A stretch of 64,000 bases of DNA from Aureliella sp. Lineage in GTDB: Bacteria; Planctomycetota; Planctomycetia; Pirellulales; Pirellulaceae. A program made the position numbers and the translations under genes. The number at the start of each line of letters is the position of its first letter. Positions within the stretch are counted from its first letter, which is position 1. Where the stretch lies: the NCBI GenBank assembly GCA_963691875.1, contig OY829846.1:64001-128000 (forward strand). The letters are read 5' to 3'. The notes below the pieces were generated by a model that did not search any database, was not told the origin of the DNA, and was given only the letters and a program-made list of their open reading frames with translations. Below, in pieces: positions 21,430 to 31,541 of the stretch.

Positions 21430-22110
21430 CGACTCAGTATTAACAGGGACGCACTCTGTTTTGACTTTGGAGTTTCGGAATATGAAGGTCGCTGTCTCGT
21501 TTCCAGTTTTCACTGCCTAGATGCCGGCCTAAATTTCTCATTTATCCCTCAGCGTGGTGGTTCCTATTTCATGCCACGGTTGATCCTTGAGGCGAACCAC
21601 GCGGCAAATTTCGACGTCCAAGAGCTCGGATTCAAGATTGACAGATGCAGCTGCTTGGAAAGAAAAGTCGCTTGCCTTGCCACCTCTCAAACGTTTGTCA
21701 TCTGCACGCTGCTCGAAGTTGACATATTACCTCGGATTTTCACGTCGGGAGAATGTTGCTCGTTCTAGGCGAATGTAGTTCTGCTTGTCTTGCTGTGACG
21801 CTCGGGATCATTAATTTCCGCCCAAGCGCTCAGGTCCGACTCTTTTGTAGCGATAGGATCAGGCTCGACTCCCATTTCTTCTTAGTGCAGCGATAAAAAT
21901 GTGGAAGCACAATGTACAGATTCAGTATCGCGGTATATTTATCCACTGATTACCCCGGGGCGTTTTCTTCGATTCGACCTCATGATTGTTCCGGACGTTG
22001 GAGTTGAGTGCAATCGTTTCAGGACAGAATGTCTCCAAGATGTCATACGGGGCAAGATGCCGAAGAAACAGGCGCAGTGGCAGGATGCCCCGACACGTTG
22101 GTAAGTACAA
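21430..22110 (-). pseudogene. Degraded DUF1349 (ConA-like) domain gene
   Basis: Read-through gives QDKQNYIRLERATFSRRENPR*YVNFEQR...PWHEIG...*EI*AGI*AVKTG...FIFRNSKV, with several in-frame stops. Boundaries approximate. Confidence 0.5.
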
Positions 22111-22353
22111 GAAATCTCCGCTACAGTCTTATGGTTTCGGTGGCATCCTGCCGCCGCTGCTGAGCATTCAGGTTCATCGCTACCTAGGTTAGTTAATGAT
22201 CTCAGAGTAGAGAAATCGGATCGTCTAATCTTAAGCGTTGCCGCTACGGACTGCGTTTCTCAGTCGTCGTTTGCGAATGCAGATAATGCTCTCGAAAGCT
22301 GCTAGACTCTACATTCTCGTCCAGTTCTCAACCACAACCACCACATTCTCTCC

Positions 22354-25254
22354 ATGCCGATAATCGATTTGTCCTTCTCAAGGCGGTTTGCTCGTTCGTT
22401 CTCGTTCGGCCTCATTTTGATTCTGCTTCCCATATCTGCGTCGGGACAGCAGTTGGAGTTGGCAACACCGTTTACGGATAACTTGATTCTGCAGCGTGAG
22501 AAGTCTGTCCCAGTTTGGGGCTTTGATGCTTCGGGCTCAAAAGTCACTGTCGAGTTTGCTGAGCAGTCGAAGCAAGCCGTCGCCAGCGATTCAGGTGAGT
22601 GGATGATCAAGCTTGATCCGCTAGGGGCATCTCGGACAGGACGTACTTTGGTGGTTCGGAATGACCGGGGAGAAACAAGCCAGGTCGAAAACGTCTTAGT
22701 TGGCGAAGTCTGGTTCTCCTCCGGCCAGTCAAACATGGTTTGGACAGCCGGTAAGAGCATGTGCCGTGATCTGGCCAGCGAAATAGCACGATCGCTAGAT
22801 GATATTCCGATCCGAGAGATCAATATCAACACCGTTTCGGCGTTGTATCCTCAAAAAAGAGCCGCTTCAGACGAGGGATGGAAGACACATAAAAGTGCCG
22901 GAAACTTTTCCGCTCTTTCGCTTTCTTTTGCCTACGAACTCTACAAAGAACTCGACGTGCCGATAGGCATCTTGCTGAGCGCTCATAGCAATACTCGCAT
23001 CGAAGCATTCACCCAGCGCGATGCGATCGAGCAGCACGCGAAGCTGAGCAAGGATCTTGATCTGATCTTGGACGCCGACCCAAGTGTCGAACAAGGCCGC
23101 AATGCATTCAAGCAGTACTATTCAGATCTAAAAGAATGGGAGCGAGTTGCCGGTGAAGCCGCTGATGCACTTGGACGCGTACCCTCACGCCCAAGTCTTC
23201 CAGGCATAGCAGGGATGTGGCGTGGTCCGTCACAGTTCTTCAATGGAAAGATTAATCCAGTCATCCCCTACGGAATTCGTGGTGCGATCTGGTGTCAGGG
23301 GACTAGCAACTCGGGTGATGGTCGAATTTACGCGGCGCGAATGGAAGCACTTGTGCGCGGCTGGCGTGATGCTTGGGCTATGCCTGACATGCCTTTCTAC
23401 TTCACGCAAATGCAATGCTACGGTTCCCCCGATCCGAACAACGTAGGTTTTGCGGATATCCGACAAGTACAACACCTATTCTTTGTGAACAATCGCGAGA
23501 ACGTCGGTATGGTCGTTCAGTCGGACCTCAACTCGGCACGACCACAAGGTATTCACTATTACAACAAGCTTCATCCAGGCATGCGGATGGCTCGCTGGGC
23601 TCTGGCGAAGCAATATGGGAAGGACATTGCCTACACTGGTCCGATTTACTCGGGCTATAAGGTCAAAGACAACAAAGTCATCGTGTCTTTCGAATCAGAC
23701 AGCCTGTTTGGTGGTTTGATGGTTGGCAGCAAGGGAATGGCCAAGGACGTGAATGAGCATGGGAAGTACGTCGAGCCAGCTCGATCGACTCCTGAGGAGA
23801 AGTTGAATCACTTTCGGGTATGCGGGGAGGACAAGGTTTGGCATGCCGCTGAAGCTGAGATTCAGGGTGAAACTGTCGTCGTTCATTCTTCAAACGTCGA
23901 TTCGCCCGTCGGCGTTCAGTACGCGTACAGCGCTGTGCCAGAAATGTCGAATCTTTACAATAAGGCTGGTTTGCCTGCGACGCCTTTTGCGATGATCGAT
24001 GGTGAATTCATCTTTGAAGAAGACGATCGTGAAAAGGCAGCGGCGCTCAAGGCGAAGTACGCCGAATACACGGATCCCAATTTTCCCATTATGCAAGTCG
24101 TCGAGTATTTCCGTGATGGCGCGATCATTCAACGCGATCAGCGCATTCCAGTTTGGGGGCACGCAAACGAAGGCGTCACGGTGACGGTTAAGCTCGGCGA
24201 AGATACCCAAACGGCGGTCGCTAACCAGCATCAGCAGTGGTCGGTCGAGTTCTCCCCGATGAAGGCGTCGACAAAGCCGATCACTCTTTCGGTCACTTCT
24301 AGCCACGGGCACCAGCGTGAGGTGAAAGATATTTTGGTCGGTGATGTCTGGTATCTCATGGGATCAACCCGACTCAATGGCGAGATGGCTTACAACCAAC
24401 GTGACAAGGACGCTAAAAAACCTGAGCATCTTCCGTTTGTTCGTGAGTTCCGTCGCAAGACCTCGGCGGACCGATTTACGACCCCGCGAAAACGTAAATT
24501 TGAAACCGGCGGTGGTAAGTATCGGTCCTCATGGATGTCCACGGACGACTGGGAAGGCGACCGTGGTGTTACGGTGTTTGCTTATCAGTTTGCAAAGGCA
24601 GTGAATCGTCCAGGGATACCGCAGGGATTCATCACGATGTCTTCGGGGCGTGGTGGTCGCTCAGCACAAATGGCTTCGCCACTATCCTGGACGTCTTTCG
24701 AAGGTGTCAAGGATGTTAACAGTCCAGTCTTTCAAGCTCGACTAAAGGAGCTGCAGATGCAGTATCCAAATTCTGCGGTCGCGCGAGCTGCGCTTGACGA
24801 GCATATTCGTGAAGTAAGGGAATTTGTGCGTGAGATCAAGATTGATGCCGAAAATGGTGAAGACCTCTCGATGACTGCTCCGCTCGCCGCCCCGCCATTC
24901 CCTGAGCCTGGCAAGACGGGCGAAGTTGCTGCGGACACCATCCCGACTCATGCCTACAATTGGTGCGTCAGTCCGATGACTCCAATGGCTGTCTCTGGTG
25001 TTATCTGGGTTCCAGCGGAAGCGAATATCGGATACGAGCCCGAAAACTACGCAGCCGAGTTGGAGATTTTCGCGCGTAGCCTGCCCGATACGTTCGGCCA
25101 GGATCATATCCAATTCCTTTACGCTCAACCAACTTCAGTGTTGGTAAAGGGAATCAGTGTGCCGGGTGCGCCCAAATCGAAGTCAGTAACTTTTAACAGC
25201 TGGGCCAAGAGCTTGAAGGAGCTCGCGGTCGAGCTTGGTCAACTCGCCAAATGA
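22354..25254 (+). CDS. Sialate O-acetylesterase family protein with duplicated module
   Basis: VLVGEVWFSSGQSNM, GAIWCQG and IHYYNK; second module (IQRDQRIPVWG, DILVGDVW) is degenerate. Confidence 0.85.
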   Translation: MPIIDLSFSRRFARSFSFGLILILLPISASGQQLELATPFTDNLILQREKSVPVWGFDASGSKVTVEFAEQSKQAVASDSGEWMIKLDPLGASRTGRTLVVRNDRGETSQVENVLVGEVWFSSGQSNMVWTAGKSMCRDLASEIARSLDDIPIREININTVSALYPQKRAASDEGWKTHKSAGNFSALSLSFAYELYKELDVPIGILLSAHSNTRIEAFTQRDAIEQHAKLSKDLDLILDADPSVEQGRNAFKQYYSDLKEWERVAGEAADALGRVPSRPSLPGIAGMWRGPSQFFNGKINPVIPYGIRGAIWCQGTSNSGDGRIYAARMEALVRGWRDAWAMPDMPFYFTQMQCYGSPDPNNVGFADIRQVQHLFFVNNRENVGMVVQSDLNSARPQGIHYYNKLHPGMRMARWALAKQYGKDIAYTGPIYSGYKVKDNKVIVSFESDSLFGGLMVGSKGMAKDVNEHGKYVEPARSTPEEKLNHFRVCGEDKVWHAAEAEIQGETVVVHSSNVDSPVGVQYAYSAVPEMSNLYNKAGLPATPFAMIDGEFIFEEDDREKAAALKAKYAEYTDPNFPIMQVVEYFRDGAIIQRDQRIPVWGHANEGVTVTVKLGEDTQTAVANQHQQWSVEFSPMKASTKPITLSVTSSHGHQREVKDILVGDVWYLMGSTRLNGEMAYNQRDKDAKKPEHLPFVREFRRKTSADRFTTPRKRKFETGGGKYRSSWMSTDDWEGDRGVTVFAYQFAKAVNRPGIPQGFITMSSGRGGRSAQMASPLSWTSFEGVKDVNSPVFQARLKELQMQYPNSAVARAALDEHIREVREFVREIKIDAENGEDLSMTAPLAAPPFPEPGKTGEVAADTIPTHAYNWCVSPMTPMAVSGVIWVPAEANIGYEPENYAAELEIFARSLPDTFGQDHIQFLYAQPTSVLVKGISVPGAPKSKSVTFNSWAKSLKELAVELGQLAK

Positions 25255-25291
25255 CTTTGCGACGTGATAAGTCGCGGCTGGAAAGCTGTGC

Positions 25292-26116
25292 TTGAGTCCC
25301 CGACGAGCTCGTGGAAATGTGAGGAGAAGCCCATTGGCATTCCAATTTGCGAGTCAGATGATTGGTTTGGCTATTTACAGCGTGAGTCCTTCGTTGGGAT
25401 TTGCGCAAGATCTAACCGCCGGCACGGTGCAAGACCGCTGGAGGCTCGCGTTTGCTGACACATGCGAACAGGACTGGCGCAAGAATTGGTTCTTGGATGG
25501 TGAAAAAGCTAAGGTTATCAATGAGAACGGCGTAATGAAGCTCGATACCTCGGATGGCTACGCTGTGTTATGGACAAGGGAAGAGTTTTCTGGTGATTTG
25601 CGTATCGAGTATGAATTTCGGCGCGTTGACGAGAATAATCGCGGCGTGAACATCATCTACATTCAGGCGACAGGCGATAGGCAGGCCGGCCACACACGTG
25701 ATATCAGGCAATGGTCGGACCGCCGTAGCTCTGCTGCGATGCGTGACTATTTCCTCAATATGCATACCTACCACGTAAGCTACGCCGCTTACAGCAACAG
25801 AGCAGGCAACAAAGATCCCGATTACATACGCGCGCGTCGTTACTTACCCCTTGAAGACAAGGGGCTCAAAGGCACGGAGCTAGACAATGAGTACCTAAAG
25901 ACAGAGCTGTTTGAGGACAAGCAGTGGATTCAGATCACTCTGATTAAGCGTGCCAAAAACCTGAGGATGGAATTTAAGCATCCCAACAAGAGTCTTGAAT
26001 GTCATTTTGTTAACAAGGACAAACCAGCCATCTTCGAGGGACGTATCGGACTACGCCCGATGCCAGGTCGTTTATCGGAATTTCGAAACGTTAAGGTCTA
26101 TACCTTGAAGCTATAG
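25292..26116 (+). CDS. DUF1961/YesU-like ConA-fold protein
   Basis: WFLDG, AVLWT, FSGDLRIEYEF, YHVSYAA and GRIGLR; start uncertain. Confidence 0.65.
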   Translation: MSPRRARGNVRRSPLAFQFASQMIGLAIYSVSPSLGFAQDLTAGTVQDRWRLAFADTCEQDWRKNWFLDGEKAKVINENGVMKLDTSDGYAVLWTREEFSGDLRIEYEFRRVDENNRGVNIIYIQATGDRQAGHTRDIRQWSDRRSSAAMRDYFLNMHTYHVSYAAYSNRAGNKDPDYIRARRYLPLEDKGLKGTELDNEYLKTELFEDKQWIQITLIKRAKNLRMEFKHPNKSLECHFVNKDKPAIFEGRIGLRPMPGRLSEFRNVKVYTLKL

Positions 26117-26391
26117 TTCCAGCCCCGGTACTTAAGGTTGTACTCTCTTTCGCCGGATTAGGGCGATCAATTCGTGCTGTTAACACTATTTTGAGACGGT
26201 TTAGCTGTAGCCGTGCACGGCATTCGTTTCGTGATAATTGCACTCTGAATATGTCTAGCGCATTGTCTGCCAAATCACACAGGCAGTCGTGCTCACTGCG
26301 TGGTCCACCGGTCCAAGTCTATAGTCGGTGGCGATTAGGGCAGGTACATGCCTCGAGTCATGCACGGTAGTGCGAGTGCAAGAGGATCCTG

Positions 26392-27026
26392 ATGTCGGAA
26401 TTACTATGTATCGAGGCAGTAGGTGGGTTTTTCTTTTCTTTCGGATTTGCTGGGGCTCCTGGCACCGCGTTTGGGAGATCGAATACGGATGCCTCGAACA
26501 GAAAAACGGTGGATCCTGCAGTGTTTCTGGAGAAACCGACTGACATTCCGGAGCATTTGTGTGAGCTATTTGATCCAATGAAAACCTCCAACCGGCGGTC
26601 TCGAGATGTGTTTCGCAAGCTTTCCACGGCACAGATGAATTTTAAGTCATCCAAAGGCAGTCATACTCTGCGTTGGAATGCCGAGCACATGGCCGGCTAT
26701 CAGCTACTCTTTTTCTTGCAGATCTATCAAGAGACAGATCCTGAGATTCCGCTTGTCAACTAGAACCCAGGTCAGATGCCACCTAAGCACAACGCCAGGC
26801 ACCCGAAGTGGAGCGGCAAGGAAGAAGCACGGTTTGATTCGATGAGTTGACGATTTCTGCCGGCGTTACGCAAATCTACTCAAGGACAAAAAGTTTCGAC
26901 GTGAAACCGCCCGCCACGAATTGGCCGTCACTCAGAGCCCTACGATTACAGATGGAACGTCACTATGACGAGGACACTGTAAAAGTTGTGAAAATTTTTG
27001 ACTTGCTAGATTGGCCGAAGGAGTAA
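26392..27026 (+). pseudogene. Degraded DinB-like domain gene
   Basis: LSTAQMNFK...HTLRWNAEHMAGYQLLFF...PLVN* continues past the stop and frameshifts as NPGQMPP...WSGKEEAR, RVDDFCRRYANLL and LRALRLQMERHYDEDTVKVVKIFDLLDWPKE*. Confidence 0.5.
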
Positions 27027-27236
27027 ATCGTCGTTCAATACTGCGCGCCCGATTCGGCATCCCTTGCCCTATGATTTGACGTGAGCGGGTTGCACTTCTG
27101 CATTCTTGGCGGCGCGATACAATTGGCTCCCCTTGGTAAATGATCAGAAAGGTCTAGCTTGGGTTCCAATCCGGCTAGATCTGCGCAATGTGAAGATGCT
27201 CCTCTGTGATGGGTATTTGTGGAAAGAATCGCTTCA

Positions 27237-29024
27237 ATGGCTTTGGTAGTACAGAAGTTTGGCGGCACCAGTGTTGCCGACACAGAAAAAATTCAGGCAG
27301 CCGCACGGAAGGCAATTCGAGCTCAGCAGGACGGCAAACAGGTAGTTGTTGTGGTGAGTGCCATGGGCCACAACACGGACCATCTTGTGGATTTGGCCAG
27401 TCAATTGGCCGACGATCCACCAGCTCGAGAAATGGATATGCTGCTCTCGACTGGGGAGCAAGTGAGCGTGGCATTGATGGCCATGGCTGTGAACTCGCTT
27501 GGCTACAAAGCGGTCAGTCTCACCGGTGCACAGATGGGGATTCACACCGATAGCTCATTTACCAAAGCCCGTATTCGCTCGATCTCGGCTGATCGGATCA
27601 ATAAGCTTCTCGCCGACGGAAATATCGTCATCGCCGCAGGATTCCAAGGTATCGACGAGGATTTCAATATCACCACCCTTGGCCGCGGTGGAAGCGATAC
27701 GACAGCGGTAGCCTTGGCGGCGGTCTTGCACGCGGATGCGTGTGAGATTCATACCGATGTGGACGGAGTCTACACAACCGACCCACGACACTTACCCGAA
27801 GCACGGCAGGTGAGCCAAATCAGTTACGATGAGATGCTCGAGTTTGCGAGCCTTGGCGCGGGTGTGATGCACAACCGTTCCATCGAGTTTGCGAAGAAAT
27901 ACGATGTACCGATTCACGTTCGTTCTAGCTTCAGTGATACTAAAGGTACTTTGATTATCGACCGGAGCGAGTCGCCGACGACGGCGGTCTGTGGCGCGGC
28001 GATGACCAAGGATGAAGCGCGTATTACGATCCAGGGTGTTCCCGATAAACCTGGCACGAGCAGTCGTATCTTCAAGTTGATGGCGGATAACAAGATCACC
28101 GTCGACATGATCGTCCAGAATATCGGTCAAGAAGATCGAGCGGATATCTCTTTCACGGTCCCGTCGGAAGAGCTGAAGATAGCATCCAAGACGGTTGCAA
28201 AGGCCGTGCTGGAAGTCGGGGCGACTGGATTTACTCAGGACGATCAAGTTTCGAAAGTATCTGTTGTCGGACTTGGAATGGCGGAACAAACCGGCGTCGC
28301 GCAAGAGATGTTCCGAGCGCTCTCTGATGCGGAGATCAATATTCAAATGATCACGACGAGTGAGATTAAGATCTCCGTGTTGGTAGAACGTGCGCAAGCT
28401 CAAGCGGCACTGCGAGTGGTGCACCAGAAGTTTGGACTGCATCAGAAGCCCAAAGATGCGGTTGTTTGGGATAGCCTACCGGAGCGAAAATCCAGCCAAG
28501 CCGATATTGAGAAGCTCGTAGCGGACCTGAAGATCGCCGACATGGAGCAACTGAGCCTTAGTGATATTTCTCTAACCGATGATCAAGCTCGTGTTACGCT
28601 TCTCGGCGTGCCAGATACGCCCGGCGTCGCTTCTTCCATTTTTGAAGCGATCGCTGATGCGGGGATTTTCGTTGACATGATTGTTCAAAGCTGTGACGGG
28701 TATCAGAACAAGACAGCGATTAGCTTTACCATGCCGAGGGAACAGTTTGTCGCTGCGGAGGCAGTTGCAAAAGAGCTGCAAGAGAAATATTCGGTCGAGC
28801 GAATTCTGTGTAGCGCCGGCATCGCCAAGTTGTCGGTGCGAGGCATCGGCTTGAGAAGTCATACGTCGGTCGCGATTGGCATGTTTGACGTCTTGGCCAG
28901 TCAAGGCATTAACGTGGAGATGGTCAACACGAGTGAACTTAGCGTCAATGTCGTGGTGAAAACTGGCTCAGGTGAAGCGGCTCTCGAACATCTACGCAAG
29001 CGATTCGAAGAGAACCTGATCTAA
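27237..29024 (+). CDS. lysC: Aspartate kinase (long form with duplicated ACT pair)
   Basis: VVQKFGGTSV, TTLGRGGSDTTAV and TDVDGVYTTDP; repeated GVPDxPG...VDMIVQ ACT pairs. Confidence 0.95.
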   Translation: MALVVQKFGGTSVADTEKIQAAARKAIRAQQDGKQVVVVVSAMGHNTDHLVDLASQLADDPPAREMDMLLSTGEQVSVALMAMAVNSLGYKAVSLTGAQMGIHTDSSFTKARIRSISADRINKLLADGNIVIAAGFQGIDEDFNITTLGRGGSDTTAVALAAVLHADACEIHTDVDGVYTTDPRHLPEARQVSQISYDEMLEFASLGAGVMHNRSIEFAKKYDVPIHVRSSFSDTKGTLIIDRSESPTTAVCGAAMTKDEARITIQGVPDKPGTSSRIFKLMADNKITVDMIVQNIGQEDRADISFTVPSEELKIASKTVAKAVLEVGATGFTQDDQVSKVSVVGLGMAEQTGVAQEMFRALSDAEINIQMITTSEIKISVLVERAQAQAALRVVHQKFGLHQKPKDAVVWDSLPERKSSQADIEKLVADLKIADMEQLSLSDISLTDDQARVTLLGVPDTPGVASSIFEAIADAGIFVDMIVQSCDGYQNKTAISFTMPREQFVAAEAVAKELQEKYSVERILCSAGIAKLSVRGIGLRSHTSVAIGMFDVLASQGINVEMVNTSELSVNVVVKTGSGEAALEHLRKRFEENLI

Positions 29025-30047
29025 CCTCGTCTGCATTGGCTCTTTTGTATTGGGATTTGCCAAAATTCCTTTTCCAGCTCGCTAACTCACGTCCGCTTGG
29101 TGCTTTCTCCAAACATGACGGCTGAGCCGATCAAGTGTGCTATCCTCGATGCTTATCGAGCTGGATATGACTTTGCAACAACCAGAGATCGACCAAGTCG
29201 TTCTTACGCCAGCGGAGTCTTTCGAATTCAATCAGACCATGAAGTTTCCATGCTTACATGACTTCTGAGGCCGGCGAAGAGACCTTCGTTTGCTTTTTTT
29301 GCACGTCAACATCACACAGATGAACTCCGATGGGTAAAGGATCGTTGGAAGCGACATCGATTTGCGACTGATTTTGTTCGGAGTCGTTTCCACCAGGTGT
29401 GCCCTCGACATGAACGTGATGTCACAGTCCCGGAAACTCAGGCTCCTCGAAGATTACTTCAGCGTGTGGCTCTTTGCAGACTAGATTCGCGGCAGACAGC
29501 AAGGTAGTGATTTCAAGAGTCGTGCGTTCTCGATCTGGAAGATAAGTAGCCAGGTAGTCGAGAGTTGAGAATCGCCGCCGTTTCCGGCCGAGCTAAAGGG
29601 AGAGCTAATTGCTGCCGTGAAGCACCAGTCCAGTATCGGAAGGTTCGTCACTCCCGAGAATTGCATGAATCGCACTTTCGATGCTTGCGTCCATTTTACG
29701 TGCTGTAACCAGAAGCACGGTTTCGCGTTTCACTTGTTCGATATCAAAGCCACTGCTTGCGAATGTAGTTTGTAAAGTGCAAACACGCTCGTTTGCCGCC
29801 TCTTGCGTGCCCTCGTAGATTCGCACATAGCCCTTCCATAGGGTTGGGAGCAATCGAAATGTCTACTAGATCGCTCATCTGAATTCGCCAAGAAAAGTCC
29901 CGTTTGCTTGCATCGCCAAGGTGCCTACTGGACTGGCAATGTACCATGCTTGTTGAGGGAAAATCTCTACATGTTGGCGTACGCGACCAAATGTTCCCTA
30001 ACGTTAGGATGCTGTCGAGATGACACAGTGAAATGGGAGCTGGTTAG

Positions 30048-31505
30048 ATGGCGAACAGATTCGCAGGCATTGGATTGATTTTTTGTTTTCTGTTTTTTGT
30101 AACTACAAGTGCGTTTGCGGTAGAGCCAGAAACCGATCACAAGCCGAACTTCATCGTGGTCTTTTGCGATAACCTGGGGTACGGCGACATTGAACCTTTC
30201 GGCTCCACGTTGCATCGGACTCCGAATTTGAATCGGATGGCGCGAGAAGGTCGGAAGTTCACCCATTTCTGCGTGACGGCCGGCGTTTGTACCCCGTCGC
30301 GAGCGAGTTTGCTGACGGGTTGCTACGCGCAGCGTGTTGGAATGCACTTGAATGATCGAGACGGATGGGTGCTTCGACCGGTTTCGCCATATGGCTTGAA
30401 TTCTGACGAAGTCACGATTGCAGAAGTGCTAAAAGCCGAGGGGTATCAGACTGCGATAGTGGGTAAGTGGCATTTGGGCGATCAGCCTAAATTTCTGCCG
30501 ACCGAACAGGGCTTTGATTGGTTCTTTGGCGTGCCTTATTCCGATGACATGACCGAGCGTGTTTGGGCAACGGACGGTTCGAAGTGGCCGCCGCTACCGC
30601 TTATGGAGAATCTCAAGATCATTGAAGCTCCTTGTGATCGCAATGGGCTAACGAGGCGATACACCGAGCGAGCGATGGAGTGGATTTCCAAGTACCGAGA
30701 TGAGCCGTTCTTTCTCTACTTTCCTCAGGCCATGCCTGGCAGCACCAAGACGCCTTTTTCGAGTCCCCAGTTCAAAGGCAAGAGCCGCAACGGTCCTTGG
30801 GGCGACGCCATTGAAGAACTGGACTGGTCGATGGGCGTGCTTATGGACCACCTGCAAGATCTGGGAATCGCCGAAAACACTTTCGTGATTTGGACTTCCG
30901 ACAATGGAGCTCCGATCAATCCAGATATCAATGATTTAAGTCGCGGTTCCAATCAGCCGCTTCATGGCCGAGGCTACACTACCAGCGAAGGTGCATTTCG
31001 TGTGCCGACGATCATATGGCAACCAAGCAAGGTTCCTGCGGGAACGGTGTGCGAAGAGCTAGCGACTACGATGGATCTTTTGCCGACCTTTGCTAAGCTT
31101 GCCGGTGCGGAGCTGCCTGAAAGGAAAGTCGACGGCCACGATATTTCATCGTTGTTGTTTGATGGTGCTGATAAGAATTCGCCTTACGAGGCATTTTTCT
31201 ACTATCACCAGGATCAGTTGCAAGCGGTTCGATCGGGCCCTTGGAAGCTGTTCTTGCCGCTTTCCCCGGTTCCTGCAGGACATCCACATTTTGCGAAGGG
31301 AGAACCGGCCAAGGCTATGCTTTTTCATCTCGTTGATGACATTGGTTGCCAGAAAAACGTTGTTGCTGCTCATCCCGAGGTCGTTCAGCGTCTTTCGAAG
31401 TTTGCGGAGCAGGCACGCCTAGAACTTGGTGATCGCGGCAAGCAAGGTTTAGGCCAACGCGAGCCTGGCAAGATATCAGGTGCTCCTCGGCCTCTCAAAC
31501 AGTAG
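30048..31505 (+). CDS. Sulfatase (arylsulfatase A-like, Cys-type)
   Basis: PNFIVVFCDNLG, CTPSRASLLTG (CxPxR), GKWHLG and TSDNG; signal peptide. Confidence 0.95.
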   Translation: MANRFAGIGLIFCFLFFVTTSAFAVEPETDHKPNFIVVFCDNLGYGDIEPFGSTLHRTPNLNRMAREGRKFTHFCVTAGVCTPSRASLLTGCYAQRVGMHLNDRDGWVLRPVSPYGLNSDEVTIAEVLKAEGYQTAIVGKWHLGDQPKFLPTEQGFDWFFGVPYSDDMTERVWATDGSKWPPLPLMENLKIIEAPCDRNGLTRRYTERAMEWISKYRDEPFFLYFPQAMPGSTKTPFSSPQFKGKSRNGPWGDAIEELDWSMGVLMDHLQDLGIAENTFVIWTSDNGAPINPDINDLSRGSNQPLHGRGYTTSEGAFRVPTIIWQPSKVPAGTVCEELATTMDLLPTFAKLAGAELPERKVDGHDISSLLFDGADKNSPYEAFFYYHQDQLQAVRSGPWKLFLPLSPVPAGHPHFAKGEPAKAMLFHLVDDIGCQKNVVAAHPEVVQRLSKFAEQARLELGDRGKQGLGQREPGKISGAPRPLKQ

Positions 31506-31524
31506 TGGGATTCGCTAGAATTCC
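31502..31524 (+). repeat. GTAG-type REP-like element
   Basis: GTAGTGGGATTCGCTAGAATTCC, same family as the copies at 10215 and 10372. Confidence 0.65.
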
Positions 31525-31541
31525 TTCGAGAAGCGTGCTAA

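Noticed and set aside
21430..27026. Stop-codon reassignment as an explanation for the interrupted genes
   Set aside because: Interruptions use TAA, TGA and TAG plus frameshifts, and intact genes end with all three stop codons.
27040..27236. Lysine riboswitch or tRNA-like element upstream of lysC (hairpin with GGTTCCAATCC)
   Set aside because: Only one short hairpin; no cloverleaf or L-box consensus recognisable. An Infernal/Rfam scan would settle it.
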